A program made the position numbers and the translations under genes. The notes under the pieces are model-generated. The model was not told the origin of the DNA, did no database searches, and saw nothing but the letters and a program-made list of their open reading frames with translations. DNA of 63,546 nucleotides, the filler included, from Deltaproteobacteria bacterium (GTDB lineage Bacteria; JAUYMQ01): the NCBI GenBank assembly GCA_030698575.1. It is 7 parts of 7 records of this genome, joined end to end, with 100 filler letters (N's around TTAATTAATTAA, not from the genome) between each part and the next. Parts side by side here need not be neighbours in the genome. Positions count along the whole stretch, not along the records: positions 7,267 to 30,551 come from JAUYMQ010000407.1; positions 30,652 to 33,332 come from JAUYMQ010000421.1; positions 33,433 to 39,689 come from JAUYMQ010000422.1; 4 more parts are not named here. One strand, written 5' to 3'. This document shows, one piece after another, positions 23,374 to 35,594 of this stretch (positions within the stretch are counted from its first letter, which is position 1; each line of letters starts with the position of its first letter).

Positions 23374-23432
23374 ATCCGGGGGAAGTCGGGCAATGAGCAG
23401 TGAAGGAGGGGCCCTGGAAACCCAGAACCGCG

Positions 23433-23461
23433 TTGACAGGAATCGGACCTTTCCCTAGAAT
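23433..23461 (+). promoter_or_regulatory. Sigma70 promoter upstream of DUF465-ilvBNC
   Basis: TTGACA-17nt-TAGAAT, near consensus. Confidence 0.75.
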
Positions 23462-23507
23462 GACGCGTACATAGACCATTTCTGGGAGCCCGCCCCGCCG
23501 GGCTTGA

Positions 23508-23577
23508 GAAGAGGGGGAAAGTCCCCCTTTTCCATCCCTGTCCGGAAGAGAAGTAGAAGAGGGACCGACCCTCTTTT
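23508..23577. repeat. Two purine/pyrimidine hairpins in the 5' leader
   Basis: GAAGAGGGGGA-AAG-TCCCCCTTTTC and AGAAGAGGG-ACCGA-CCCTCTTTT. Confidence 0.55.
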
Positions 23578-23607
23578 CTCACCAGCAGTTGCGTTCAGGG
23601 AGGGCGC

Positions 23608-23826
23608 ATGGATCAACAGGACTTGGCGTTGATAAGCAAGGTCAGCAAGCAGGACGAATCCCTGCAAAGACTCTGGGAGGAGCACCAGAAGTACGAACAC
23701 GAACTCGATGAGCTCAACCACCGGGAGTACCTGACGCCCGAGGAGACGGTTGAGAGGAAACGCCTCCAGAAGTGCAAACTGGCGGGCAAGGACAAGATCG
23801 AAACCATACTCCGCCAGTACCGATAA
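23608..23826 (+). CDS. DUF465/YdcH family small coiled-coil protein
   Basis: LWEEHQKYE..LTPEE..RKRLQK.KLAGKDKI; GGGAGG RBS. Confidence 0.8.
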   Translation: MDQQDLALISKVSKQDESLQRLWEEHQKYEHELDELNHREYLTPEETVERKRLQKCKLAGKDKIETILRQYR

Positions 23827-24123
23827 ATAGTCCGGCCAAGGACTCATTCCCCGGCCCACCGTTCCCGGGTGGCGAAATGCCACCGCCGGGGGAATTTACC
23901 CTGGCGCTTGGAATACCGATAACTCTCCGTGAACCGGCCGCCCGCACGCTGGGGGGCAGATACACAGAGGAGGGGTTCAAGAACCCGAGACAGGGGAAAG
24001 TCTGTAACCGTCTAGCGATCCCACGCGGGCACTGGCCCCGGGGGACCGGCGGTGTGGCCCACAAGGCCGCGCGCGTCGACCACCGGAAGGAGCCCGGCAC
24101 AGGATCAGGAAGGATGGCACCCC

Positions 24124-25818
<1,695 letters not shown>

Positions 25819-25848
25819 GGGCGGCCGGACCCCCCAAGAGAGGCTGGT

Positions 25849-26325
25849 ATGCGACGAACCATATCCGTCCTCGTGGAGAACGAGGCGGGCGTTCTTTCGC
25901 GAATTGCGAACCTTTTCAGCGCCCGGGGCTACAACATCGACTCTCTCAGCGTGGCGGAGACGCTCGACGCGAGCGTTTCCTGCATGACCATCGTCACGCA
26001 TGGGAACGATCAGATCATCGAACAGATCACGAAGCAGCTTCACAAGCTGATCAACGTGATCAAGGTGACCGATCTGACCGAGGGGGATCACATCGAACGG
26101 GAGATGGTGCTCATCAAAGTGACCACAGAGCCCGCGACCCGTGCTGAAGCGCTGCGCGTCGCCGACATCTTCCGCGCGAAGGTCGTGGACGTCACCCCGA
26201 AGTCCTTCACAGTCGAGGTGACCGGCGGCGACAAGAAGATCGACGGGATCATCGCGCTCCTGCGTCCGCTTGGCATCAAGGAGATCGTGCGCACGGGACG
26301 CATTGCAATCGGCCGGGGAAACTGA
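25849..26325 (+). CDS. ilvN: Acetolactate synthase small (regulatory) subunit
   Basis: SVLVENEAGVLSRI..FSARGYNIDSL ACT domain; EIVRTG. Confidence 0.96.
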   Translation: MRRTISVLVENEAGVLSRIANLFSARGYNIDSLSVAETLDASVSCMTIVTHGNDQIIEQITKQLHKLINVIKVTDLTEGDHIEREMVLIKVTTEPATRAEALRVADIFRAKVVDVTPKSFTVEVTGGDKKIDGIIALLRPLGIKEIVRTGRIAIGRGN

Positions 26326-27378
<1,053 letters not shown>

Positions 27379-27424
27379 CCCAGAGCGTTCCGGCCCGGCC
27401 GGGGCGCGGAGGCACGGCGCAGGC

Positions 27425-28078
27425 GTGAAGCTCGAGGAGCGGAAGTATCCGATCGTGATGCGCGAGGGGTGGCCCTTCGCCGGACCACCGCTTCTCGCGG
27501 CGGCGCTGCTCGCGATCGCCGGCTGGCACGTCGCGGCGGCTATTGCGGCGGCGCTGGCGCTCTTCTGTATCTGGTTTTTCCGGAATCCCCGCCGCGCCGT
27601 TCCGGATGAGGCCGGTGCGGTCGTTTCGCCGGGAGACGGCAAGGTGCTTCGCGTCGAGGAGGTCGAGGATCCCCGCTGGATTGGCGGGCGCGCCTGGAAG
27701 ATCAGCGTCTTCCTGAACATTTTCAATGTTCACGTGAACCGGACGCCCATCGCGGGGAAGGTGCTGACCGTCGAGTACGTGAAGGGCAAGTTCTTCAACG
27801 CCTCCTTCGACAAGGCGAGCGAGGCGAACGAGCGCACCGAAATTTGCATCGAGGACGACAGGGGTCGAAAGGTCGTCTTTCGCCAGATCGCCGGACTCGT
27901 GGCGCGCCGCATACTCTGCTACCTCCGCCCGGGGGATGCGGTTGCTCGCGGCGACATCATGGGGCTTATTCGCTTCGGCTCGCGGGTGGAGGTGGTCCTT
28001 TCGGCGGACGCCCGCGTCAGTGTCGCGGCCGGCGATCACGTGAAGGGCGGAAGCACGGTGATGGCATGGCTTCCGTAA
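27425..28078 (+). CDS. psd: Phosphatidylserine decarboxylase proenzyme
   Basis: FFRNP, SPGDGKV, NVHVNRTP, QIAGLVARRI, RFGSR self-cleavage site. Confidence 0.93.
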   Translation: MKLEERKYPIVMREGWPFAGPPLLAAALLAIAGWHVAAAIAAALALFCIWFFRNPRRAVPDEAGAVVSPGDGKVLRVEEVEDPRWIGGRAWKISVFLNIFNVHVNRTPIAGKVLTVEYVKGKFFNASFDKASEANERTEICIEDDRGRKVVFRQIAGLVARRILCYLRPGDAVARGDIMGLIRFGSRVEVVLSADARVSVAAGDHVKGGSTVMAWLP

Positions 28079-28851
28079 CCGGAGAGCGCCGCAGGCGCGG
28101 CATCTACATCCTGCCCGCGCTGTTCACGACGGGGAATCTTTTCTTCGGTTTCTATGCCCTTGTTGAAGCTATCAACGGGCGACTCTTCGAGTCGGCCGTC
28201 GGCCTCATCCTTGCGGGCTTTTGCGATTTGCTGGATGGGCGGATAGCACGGCTGACGAATACGACGAGCCAGTTCGGCGGCGAGTACGACAGTCTGGCGG
28301 ACATGGTGTCCTTCGGGCTGGCGCCCTCGATCATGCTCTACAGCTGGGCGCTGCAGCCCTTCGGGAAGCTGGGCTGGCTGGCCTCGTTCCTTTACGCGGC
28401 CTGCGCGGCGCTCAGGCTGGCGCGGTTCAACGTGCAGACCGAGACGGACGAGCGGCGTTATTTCGTGGGGCTCTCGACCCCCGGCGGGGCGGCGGTGGTG
28501 TGCACCTCGATCCTGTTCTTCAGGGACGTGGGCGACAACCCCGCGTTCAGGCAGTTCTACGTTCCGCTCATCATCATGATGCTGGCGCTGCTCATGGTGT
28601 CGAACGTCCGCTACCGCAGCTTCAAGCAGTTCGACTTCGGGAGCCCGCTGGCGCCCTGGGTGCTGCTCGTGCTCGTGGCGGGGATCGTCGTGGTGGCGGC
28701 GGCGCCGGCGAAGACGCTCTTCATCATGGCCGTGAGCTATGCAGCAAGCGGGCCGCTGGAGGCGCTGATCTTCATGCGCCGGCGGCGCCGGGCACGGGCG
28801 GTCGAGAGGCTGCGAGCGGTCGAGGGTGGAGCAGGGCCGCCGTCCCCGTGA
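28066..28851 (+). CDS. pssA: CDP-diacylglycerol--serine O-phosphatidyltransferase
   Basis: DLLDGRIAR..S.FGGEYDSLADMVSFG CDP-alcohol phosphotransferase motif; RLARFN. Confidence 0.93.
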   Translation: MASVTGERRRRGIYILPALFTTGNLFFGFYALVEAINGRLFESAVGLILAGFCDLLDGRIARLTNTTSQFGGEYDSLADMVSFGLAPSIMLYSWALQPFGKLGWLASFLYAACAALRLARFNVQTETDERRYFVGLSTPGGAAVVCTSILFFRDVGDNPAFRQFYVPLIIMMLALLMVSNVRYRSFKQFDFGSPLAPWVLLVLVAGIVVVAAAPAKTLFIMAVSYAASGPLEALIFMRRRRRARAVERLRAVEGGAGPPSP

Positions 28852-28890
28852 CGGAGGCCGCGGGTGCGGGAGTGAATGACCCGGGAGTGA

Positions 28891-30444
28891 ATGAGCATGG
28901 CTGACTACATCCGGATATTCGACACGACGCTTCGTGACGGCGAACAGTCGCCGGGCTCCTCGATGAACATCGAGGAGAAGGTCATCATGGCGCGTCAGCT
29001 CGAGAAGCTCGGCGTCGACGTGATCGAGGCGGGCTTCCCGGTTGCCAGCCCCGGCGATTTCGAAGCGGTGAAGAAGATCGCCGATACGGTGCGGGATTGT
29101 GAAATTGCGGGCCTCGCCCGTTGCGAAGCGGAAGACATCGAAGCCGCGGGAGGGGCCCTGAAGGGCGCGGCCAATCCGCGAATTCACGTCTTCATCGCCA
29201 CGAGCGATATTCACATGCGCTTCAAGCTCCAGAAAAGCCCCGAGCAGGTGCTCGAGGACGCGGTTCGGAGCGTCGAGCTCGCCAGGAAATACACCGACAA
29301 CGTGGAATTCTCGGCCGAGGACGCCACCCGAAGCGATCCGGAGTTCCTCTACAAGATTTTTGAGGCGGTCATCACTGTCGGCGCCAGGGTGATCAACGTT
29401 CCAGACACGGTCGGCTACGCGGTCCCGGATCAGTTCGCGGAGCTCATCCGGGGGATTCGTGCCCACGTGCCGAACATCGACCGCGCCGTCATCAGCGTCC
29501 ACTGCCACAACGACCTTGGCCTGGCCGTCGCCAACTCGCAGGCGGCCATCAGGGCGGGGGCCCGGCAGGTCGAATGCACGGTGAACGGCATCGGCGAGCG
29601 GGCCGGCAATACGTCGATGGAAGAGATCGTCATGGCGCTGCGCACCCGCCACGACTTCTTCGGGCTGGCGACGCGGATCGTGACAGAGGAGATCTATCCG
29701 TCGAGTCGACTGCTGACCAGCATCACGGGCGTGGCCGTTCAGCCCAACAAGGCCGTGGTGGGAGCCAACGCCTTCGCGCACGAGGCGGGCATTCACCAGG
29801 ACGGAGTGCTGAAGAACGTCATGACCTACGAGATCATGACGCCCCAGAGCATCGGACGGAGCAGCAACGAGCTGGTGATGGGCAAGCACTCCGGCCGGCA
29901 CGCCTTCCGCGAACGGCTGCACTCGCTCGGCTTCGATTTGCAGCCCGACCAGCTCGACAATGCCTTTCAGCGCTTCAAGGTGCTGGCTGACAAGAAGAAG
30001 GTCATCTACGACGAGGACCTCGAGGTCCTGGTGGCGGACGCCGTGCTCCGCATGGACGACAAGTACCGTCTCATCCACGTGAACGTTTCGAGCGGCACCG
30101 GCGCGATACCGGCCGCGACGGTCGAGATGGCGGTGGAGGAAAGGGTCGTCAAGGAAGCGGGGTTCGGCGACGGGCCGGTGGACGCGGTCTTCAAGGTCAT
30201 CGCGCGGATCACCGAGAGCAAGAGCGATCTGCTGCGCTACCAGGTAAACGCCATCACCGGCGGGACCGATGCCCAGGGCGAGGTAAGCGTGACTGTCACC
30301 GAGGACGGCATCACGGCCATCGGCCACGGGGCGCACACGGACATCATCGTGGCCTCCGCCAAGGCCTATATCAGCGCGCTGAACAAGCTCGGCTGGCGGA
30401 AGAGCCAGAAATCCACGCAACGCACGGATGAGAAGGGGCCTTGA
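28891..30444 (+). CDS. leuA: 2-isopropylmalate synthase
   Basis: [35 protein letters not shown]-terminal regulatory domain (GDGPVDA). Confidence 0.97.
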   Translation: MSMADYIRIFDTTLRDGEQSPGSSMNIEEKVIMARQLEKLGVDVIEAGFPVASPGDFEAVKKIADTVRDCEIAGLARCEAEDIEAAGGALKGAANPRIHVFIATSDIHMRFKLQKSPEQVLEDAVRSVELARKYTDNVEFSAEDATRSDPEFLYKIFEAVITVGARVINVPDTVGYAVPDQFAELIRGIRAHVPNIDRAVISVHCHNDLGLAVANSQAAIRAGARQVECTVNGIGERAGNTSMEEIVMALRTRHDFFGLATRIVTEEIYPSSRLLTSITGVAVQPNKAVVGANAFAHEAGIHQDGVLKNVMTYEIMTPQSIGRSSNELVMGKHSGRHAFRERLHSLGFDLQPDQLDNAFQRFKVLADKKKVIYDEDLEVLVADAVLRMDDKYRLIHVNVSSGTGAIPAATVEMAVEERVVKEAGFGDGPVDAVFKVIARITESKSDLLRYQVNAITGGTDAQGEVSVTVTEDGITAIGHGAHTDIIVASAKAYISALNKLGWRKSQKSTQRTDEKGP

Positions 30445-30446
30445 GC

Positions 30447-30551
30447 ATGGGAATGACCATCACGGAGAAGATCCTGGCCAGACACGCCGGGCTCGAGAAG
30501 ACCGAGGCGGGCCAGATCGTGAACTGCAAGCTCGATCTGGTTCTCGCCAAC
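30447..30551 (+). CDS. leuC: 3-isopropylmalate dehydratase large subunit, N-terminal fragment
   Basis: Manual translation [26 protein letters not shown]; directly after leuA; cut by contig end. Confidence 0.8.
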
Positions 30552-30651
30552 NNNNNNNNNNNNNNNNNNNNNNNNNNNNNNNNNNNNNNNNNNNNTTAAT
30601 TAATTAANNNNNNNNNNNNNNNNNNNNNNNNNNNNNNNNNNNNNNNNNNNN
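30552..30651. other. Artificial contig spacer
   Basis: N44-TTAATTAATTAA-N44. Confidence 0.99.
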
Positions 30652-30851
30652 GCGCCATCGCGACGGCGCTGGCCCCGACCCGCTACGACAAGGTGGTCGA
30701 GGCGCTGGGCGGTTACGGCGAACTGGTGACCGATCCGAAGGAGATCGTTCCCGCCCTCGAGCGCGCCGAGGCCTCGGGCAAGCCGGCTTGCGTGAACGTG
30801 ATGACTCACCCGAACCCGCCCGATCTCATGCGGAACCCCCCGAAGTATTGA
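30652..30851 (+). CDS. C-terminal fragment of a ThDP-dependent enzyme (acetolactate synthase-like / 2-hydroxyacyl-CoA lyase family)
   Basis: Manual translation ..[41 protein letters not shown]; stop overlaps next ATG (TGATG). Confidence 0.75.
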
Positions 30852-31930
30852 TGAACGAGACCTCAACCAAGCGCCGCTTCACCTTCGAGATCGACCAGTT
30901 CGAGGGTGAGGACACGCGCGCGCGCGTGAAGCGCATACTCCTCTGGACCTTCCCGGAACAGTCACGGGAGGCCGTTGAGCGACTGCTTTCGCGGCGGCCT
31001 GCGCGATTCTCGGGCGTCATGACCGCCGATAACGCCGACCGGCTTCGCCGACAGATTCAGGATATCGGCGCGCGGGCCGAGTTGATCGACCTGCCTGCCG
31101 CGCCGGCGTCAGGCGTTCCGGTTGAGCCGGTTCCAGCGCCTGTGGCGCCGCCGCCGGTTCAACCGATGGCACCGCCGCCGAGCGAACCGGTTGAACAGGC
31201 ATCCGCGCCGGAAAACCCTTCGCCGGAACCACAGCAAATCCCCTCGCTGGCGGCGCTGCGCGCGACCATCGCGCGCGACCGCCTCGATCTGTCCGGCGAG
31301 GATCTCCGCGAGGCCGAGCGTCTCGCAGCGGCTCGCGCGGCGGAGGATCAGGAGGGCCCGTCGCCATTCTTCTGGACAGCCTGGGCCCAGGCGCTGTTCT
31401 CCCCGAGGAAGTTCTTCGCCTCGCTGCACGCGCCCGGTGGCGCCTTCCAGGCGCTGCTCTTTGCTGCCGTCCTGGGGCTGCTCGCCGGCGTGCTCTCTTT
31501 CCCGGCGCGCATGCTGGCGGGACTCGAGAACGGCACCGTGGAGCGCCCTGATCTGGCCGAGCGCTACCTGACGATGGTCTTCTCGCAGCCCTTCGCCGCC
31601 GTGGTGGCCACCTGCGTCTCGGCCTGGCTCATCCACCTGGGAATTCGCTTCCTGGCCGGCCCCCGCCCCTTCGAGGTGACGCTCAAGGTCGTCGCCTACA
31701 CCTCGGCCGCCGCGGTCTTCGCGGCCATTCCGAAGGCGGGCGAATCGATCGCGGCCTTCGTCGTTTTCCTCCTGACGCTCGTGGGGCTCTCAAGCGCGCA
31801 ACGAATTAGCCCGATCAAGGCTTTGGGGGCCGTTTTTTTTCCGTTGCTCCTGCTCGGCTTCGTGCTGGCGATGACGCTCGGCGGGATTGCCGTGGGGAGC
31901 TTCATCATACTGGAGGCGCTGCGCGGCTAG
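30851..31930 (+). CDS. YIP1-family membrane protein with soluble N-terminal domain and Pro-rich linker
   Basis: W.QALFSPRKFF start of YIP1-like domain, about 5 TM helices, FEVTLKVVAYT. Confidence 0.65.
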   Translation: MNETSTKRRFTFEIDQFEGEDTRARVKRILLWTFPEQSREAVERLLSRRPARFSGVMTADNADRLRRQIQDIGARAELIDLPAAPASGVPVEPVPAPVAPPPVQPMAPPPSEPVEQASAPENPSPEPQQIPSLAALRATIARDRLDLSGEDLREAERLAAARAAEDQEGPSPFFWTAWAQALFSPRKFFASLHAPGGAFQALLFAAVLGLLAGVLSFPARMLAGLENGTVERPDLAERYLTMVFSQPFAAVVATCVSAWLIHLGIRFLAGPRPFEVTLKVVAYTSAAAVFAAIPKAGESIAAFVVFLLTLVGLSSAQRISPIKALGAVFFPLLLLGFVLAMTLGGIAVGSFIILEALRG

Positions 31931-31973
31931 CGCACGCAAGCGCCCTCGAGGGCGCGGAAAGAAAGGCATCTGA

Positions 31974-33332
31974 ATGACCCCATCTGAACATCCCGCGCGC
32001 GAAGAGGCCGGCAGCACCCGGCGCTCCCTGGCCCTGATTGTTGCCGCCTGGCTTCTCGCGGTGACCGCCTGCGGCGCGGCCGAGAACCCGGCTCCGAGCG
32101 ACACCGATTCAAAAGAGGCCGTCGCGCGACTGGCCCGCTTCGAGGAGCTGCAAGACACGATCATCGCCGTTTCTGAAAAGGTGAAGCCGACGGTCGTGCA
32201 CATCGAGGCGATCGTGCGCCGGGACGGCCGGCGGGCCAAGGTGACCGGCTCGGGGATCATCATCGACGCCGAGGGTCACATCCTGACCAACCATCACATC
32301 GTGGACGAGGAGGAAAGCGTCACCGTCACGATTCCGGGCGAGAAGAAGAAGCTCGAGGCGGAGACCCTCGGAGCCGACATCCAGACCGACGTCGCCGTCA
32401 TCAAGGTGAACCCCGACAAGCCCCTGGCCTTTCCGAAGTTCGCCGACTCCGACAAGGTGCGCGTGGGCGAGTGGGTGATCGCCATCGGTAATCCCTACGG
32501 CCTCGACGGGACTGTTTCGTTCGGAATCGTGAGCGCCAAGGGGCGGAACCTCGAGGTTGAAGATCTCATCAACGAGTTCATCCAGACCGACGCGATGATC
32601 GATCACGGATCCAGCGGCGGGCCGCTGAGCAACCTGCGCGGCGAGGTCGTCGGCGTGAACAGCCGCGGCCAGGGGCGCGGGATCGGCTTCACCATCCCGA
32701 TCAACACGGCCCTGAAGGTGCGGGACCAGATCGTGGCCTCCGGCTCCATCGAGCGCGGCTACCTGGGGGTTTCGGTCCAGCCCTTCGACCGCGACATCGC
32801 CGAACACTTCGGACTCCCGGACGCAACCGGTGTCATCATCAATTCGGTGCGCGAGGGCTCGCCCGCCGAGGCCGCCGGTTTCCAGGCGGGTGACCTGATG
32901 ACGCGCTTCGACGGGCAGCCGGTGGAGGCCGAGGAGGAGAAGGAGCTGAGCAAGTTCCAGCGGCTGGTGGCGAACACCGAAGTCGGCAAGAGCGTGAAGG
33001 TCGACCTCCTGCGCGACGGAAAGCCCGTGGCGGTGACGGCGGTCATCGCACGGCAGCCGAAGGTGCAGGCCGAGGAGGAGGAGGCGCGGGATCTCGGGAT
33101 CAACGTGAAGGAGATCACCGAGTCGATCTACATCAGCCAGCGTCTCGACACGATGGACGGCGTCATCGTCTCGTACGTCGAGGGCGGCACGCCCGCGGCG
33201 GAATCGAATCTTCAGATCGGCGACGTGATTCAGGAGATGGACGGCAAGCCTGTGAAGAACCTGGCCGAATTCACGAGCGTGCTGAAGACCACGGAAAAGT
33301 CGAAGCGGTTTCTGGTGAAGGCGCTGCGCGGG
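31974..33332 (+). CDS. HtrA/DegP serine protease with two PDZ domains, probable lipoprotein, 3' truncated
   Basis: GSGIII, LTNHHIV (His), TDVAVIK (Asp), GSSGGPL (Ser), AIGNPYG; lipobox VTAC. Confidence 0.9.
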
Positions 33333-33432
33333 NNNNNNNNNNNNNNNNNNNNNNNNNNNNNNNNNNNNNNNNNNNNTTAATTAATTAANNNNNNNNNNNN
33401 NNNNNNNNNNNNNNNNNNNNNNNNNNNNNNNN
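33333..33432. other. Artificial contig spacer
   Basis: N44-TTAATTAATTAA-N44. Confidence 0.99.
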
Positions 33433-33702
33433 GGGAACGCAGTGGGCCTGAACGGTTGCAGGGTGACCGGCGCCACGGTTTCGCCCGAGCGGGTGGATCT
33501 GGCGCTCGAGCGCCTCGGTCCGACGCATCCGATGCACCGCCGCCCCCTCGAGCAGGCGCAGTCGGGGGGGATCGTGCTGCGCGCACATGGGCTGTCGCAC
33601 CCGCGCGTGCGCGTCACGATTAACGGCGCCGATCTGGGCGAAGTGGATCGGAAGGCGGTGCTCGCCGGCCTGGAGATACCTCCCTCGCATCCCCGCCCGT
33701 AG
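33433..33702 (+). CDS. C-terminal fragment of a hypothetical protein
   Basis: Open frame from contig start to TAG 33702 with GC3-rich codons; no recognisable motif. Confidence 0.4.
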   Translation, partial: GNAVGLNGCRVTGATVSPERVDLALERLGPTHPMHRRPLEQAQSGGIVLRAHGLSHPRVRVTINGADLGEVDRKAVLAGLEIPPSHPRP

Positions 33703-33705
33703 CCA

Positions 33706-33758
33706 CGCATGTCATTGCGAGGCCCGAGGTCCCGCGCGAAGCGTGGGCCGAGACAATC
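33706..33758 (+). repeat. REP-like palindromic element, copy 2
   Basis: CGCATGTCATTGCGAGG-CCCGAGGT-CCCGCGC-GAA-GCGTGGG-CCGAGACAATC. Confidence 0.6.
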
Positions 33759-33776
33759 ATAGCAACGGCGGCGCGC

Positions 33777-33804
33777 TAGACAGGCGGGAGATGGCTGCTA
33801 TGAT
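33777..33804 (+). promoter_or_regulatory. Candidate tRNA promoter
   Basis: TAGACA-16nt-TATGAT with extended TG and GC-rich discriminator (GCCCCC). Confidence 0.5.
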
Positions 33805-33851
33805 GCCCCCGTCGTCTGATTCGCAGGGTTGCAGGACTCACAGGGCTTCGG

Positions 33852-33938
33852 GCCGGAGTGGTGAAACTGGTAGACGCGCGGGACTCAAAATTCCGTGGGG
33901 GCAACCCCGTGTGGGTTCGAATCCCACCTCCGGCACCA
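33852..33938 (+). tRNA. tRNA-Leu(CAA)
   Basis: Acceptor stem GCCGGAG/CTCCGGC, discriminator A, encoded CCA; anticodon arm CGGGA-CTCAAAA-TTCCG; long variable arm GGGG-GCAA-CCCC; T-loop GGTTCGAATCC. Confidence 0.97.
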
Positions 33939-33956
33939 GGAATTTTTTTCTGAATC

Positions 33957-34661
33957 TCAGGTAGTCAGGGAGCGTTCCGGGGCCGAGGCCGGAATGTCGC
34001 CCTTCCTCCGAAGCACCGCATAGCGATGTCCGGAGAAGAGGCGCGACATCGGGACGGAGCGGACTACATCGAAGCCCGCAGACCGGGCAAGCGCCGCCAC
34101 CTCGGACGGATGGAGAGTCCGCTTGGCGCGCTTGCCATTGAACCGACGGTTGAATTCCCGCAGACGGTTCTTGAGGGACGTCTGGTCGAAATAGGTGAAT
34201 ACCAGCCACTTGCCGCTCACCCGCATCACCTCCCAGACGTACTGAATTCGCTCTGCGTGCTCCCCGATGTGATGACAGAGACGAACAGACAACACGAAAT
34301 CGAAGGCGCGGTCGATAAATGGAAGAGTAAGCGCAGTCCCCCTCACGAATCCCGAAGCCGGCCCCGGACTATTCCCGCTACTCGCCGAAAGGCGCGCCTC
34401 CAGGAGCATGTGGAAGCTCCAGTCGCCTTCGACTACACGGTCCGCGACCTCCCGGACAATCGGGTACAAGCGCCCGCATCCGCAGGGCAGGTCCAGAGCG
34501 ACGCCAGGCACCTTTTCCACTCCCGCCGAGTGGAGGAGCCGCCGAAGGAGCCGTTGTTCATTCCAGTCGTTGATGCGTTCCGTCCATCGGCGATCGAACT
34601 TGCCGACATAGTCCGTCGCACCTTCGGGGCTGTTGTAGCGACTGAGCGTCTTCTCATCCAT
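33957..34661 (-). CDS. Class I SAM-dependent methyltransferase
   Basis: Motif I LDLPCGCGR; LPF.D..FDFVLSVRLCHH. Confidence 0.85.
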   Translation of the reverse strand: MDEKTLSRYNSPEGATDYVGKFDRRWTERINDWNEQRLLRRLLHSAGVEKVPGVALDLPCGCGRLYPIVREVADRVVEGDWSFHMLLEARLSASSGNSPGPASGFVRGTALTLPFIDRAFDFVLSVRLCHHIGEHAERIQYVWEVMRVSGKWLVFTYFDQTSLKNRLREFNRRFNGKRAKRTLHPSEVAALARSAGFDVVRSVPMSRLFSGHRYAVLRRKGDIPASAPERSLTT

Positions 34662-34667
34662 GCGGTA

Positions 34668-35594
34668 TCAACCTTTGATAGAGGAAGCGGTCCGGATTCC
34701 CAGAAACTTTCTCACGACGCGTTTCCCGCGATGGACCAGCGCGGAAAGGAGTGTTCGGTTCTGGCTCGCCAGCATCGCGCGTTCTACGCGCCTGCGAAGC
34801 GCGTCAGGTGAGGCCCGGAGAGGGTCAGGCAGATAGCCCTCGTAGAACGCATCCTGATCGCCGCGGGTCAGGCTGCCCGGCGGGAAACCGCCCAGAAACA
34901 TACCAAGGTCGCGGCCTTGAGCCCAGCGCGACAGCGGGCGGGTTGGCAGCGATCGGGCATAGGGCACGTCGATGAAGAACGGCTCGGGCTGTTCCGCGCC
35001 CTTCCGTCGCATGAGGATGTTCTTTGGTTTTCCGGTAAACAGGAAGAAGCGCGCTGCATGACACCGGCGAAACGCCTCGCCAATCCGCCGAAAAACCTCC
35101 CCGCTCCCGGGGCGCGGTCCCGGTGTGGCTCGTTCCTCCTCTCGACTCCATTCCTTGAGATCGAGAGCATCCTCGACAAAAATGGTCATGAGAAAGCAGG
35201 AACGCACAAATCCGAACCGGCTTCGCTGAAGCCCGAACCCGACGGGTTCGACCGCCTGAACACCGAGGCGGTGGAGGTGGAGAAGTCCGTTGAACTCTTG
35301 CTCGGCCTTCGCAATTCGCAGCCAGGTTCTTATACGCGGAGCGAATGGAAACCTGTATTCCTTCAAGATGAAGCGTTGCTCGTCCGCTTCAGCTGCTCCC
35401 ACGGCCAGCCGGAGAAGGACAATGCGGGTGCGTCTCTCCAGCTTCAGAACCTTCCCCCGCGCACCCACGAAGGCCGCGTAGTCAGCGAAGAGTGTCGCCG
35501 GGAAGTAGGCGGAGAACTCCTTCCTGAATGCGACGCGCCACCCTTTTCCATGGATGGCGCCTGGTTCATCACCGGGGTTGGGCGTGGTTTTCAT
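34668..35594 (-). CDS. Lipopolysaccharide kinase-like protein (Kdo/WaaP/InaA family), degenerate catalytic loop
   Basis: FILKEY, AEQEFNGLLHLHRLGV..VEPVGFG, FLMT, CH..FFLFTGKPKNIL, FFID, RDL. Start codon uncertain. Confidence 0.7.
   Translation of the reverse strand: MKTTPNPGDEPGAIHGKGWRVAFRKEFSAYFPATLFADYAAFVGARGKVLKLERRTRIVLLRLAVGAAEADEQRFILKEYRFPFAPRIRTWLRIAKAEQEFNGLLHLHRLGVQAVEPVGFGLQRSRFGFVRSCFLMTIFVEDALDLKEWSREEERATPGPRPGSGEVFRRIGEAFRRCHAARFFLFTGKPKNILMRRKGAEQPEPFFIDVPYARSLPTRPLSRWAQGRDLGMFLGGFPPGSLTRGDQDAFYEGYLPDPLRASPDALRRRVERAMLASQNRTLLSALVHRGKRVVRKFLGIRTASSIKG

Noticed and set aside
23827..24123. Leader-peptide attenuator or T-box upstream of ilvB
   Set aside because: GC-rich hairpins are present, but there is no Leu/Ile/Val-rich short ORF, T-box motif or U-tailed terminator.
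27728..27739. GTTCACGTGAAC palindrome in psd resembling parS
   Set aside because: Arms are one base short of the parS consensus, and it is explained by the conserved NVHVN coding sequence.
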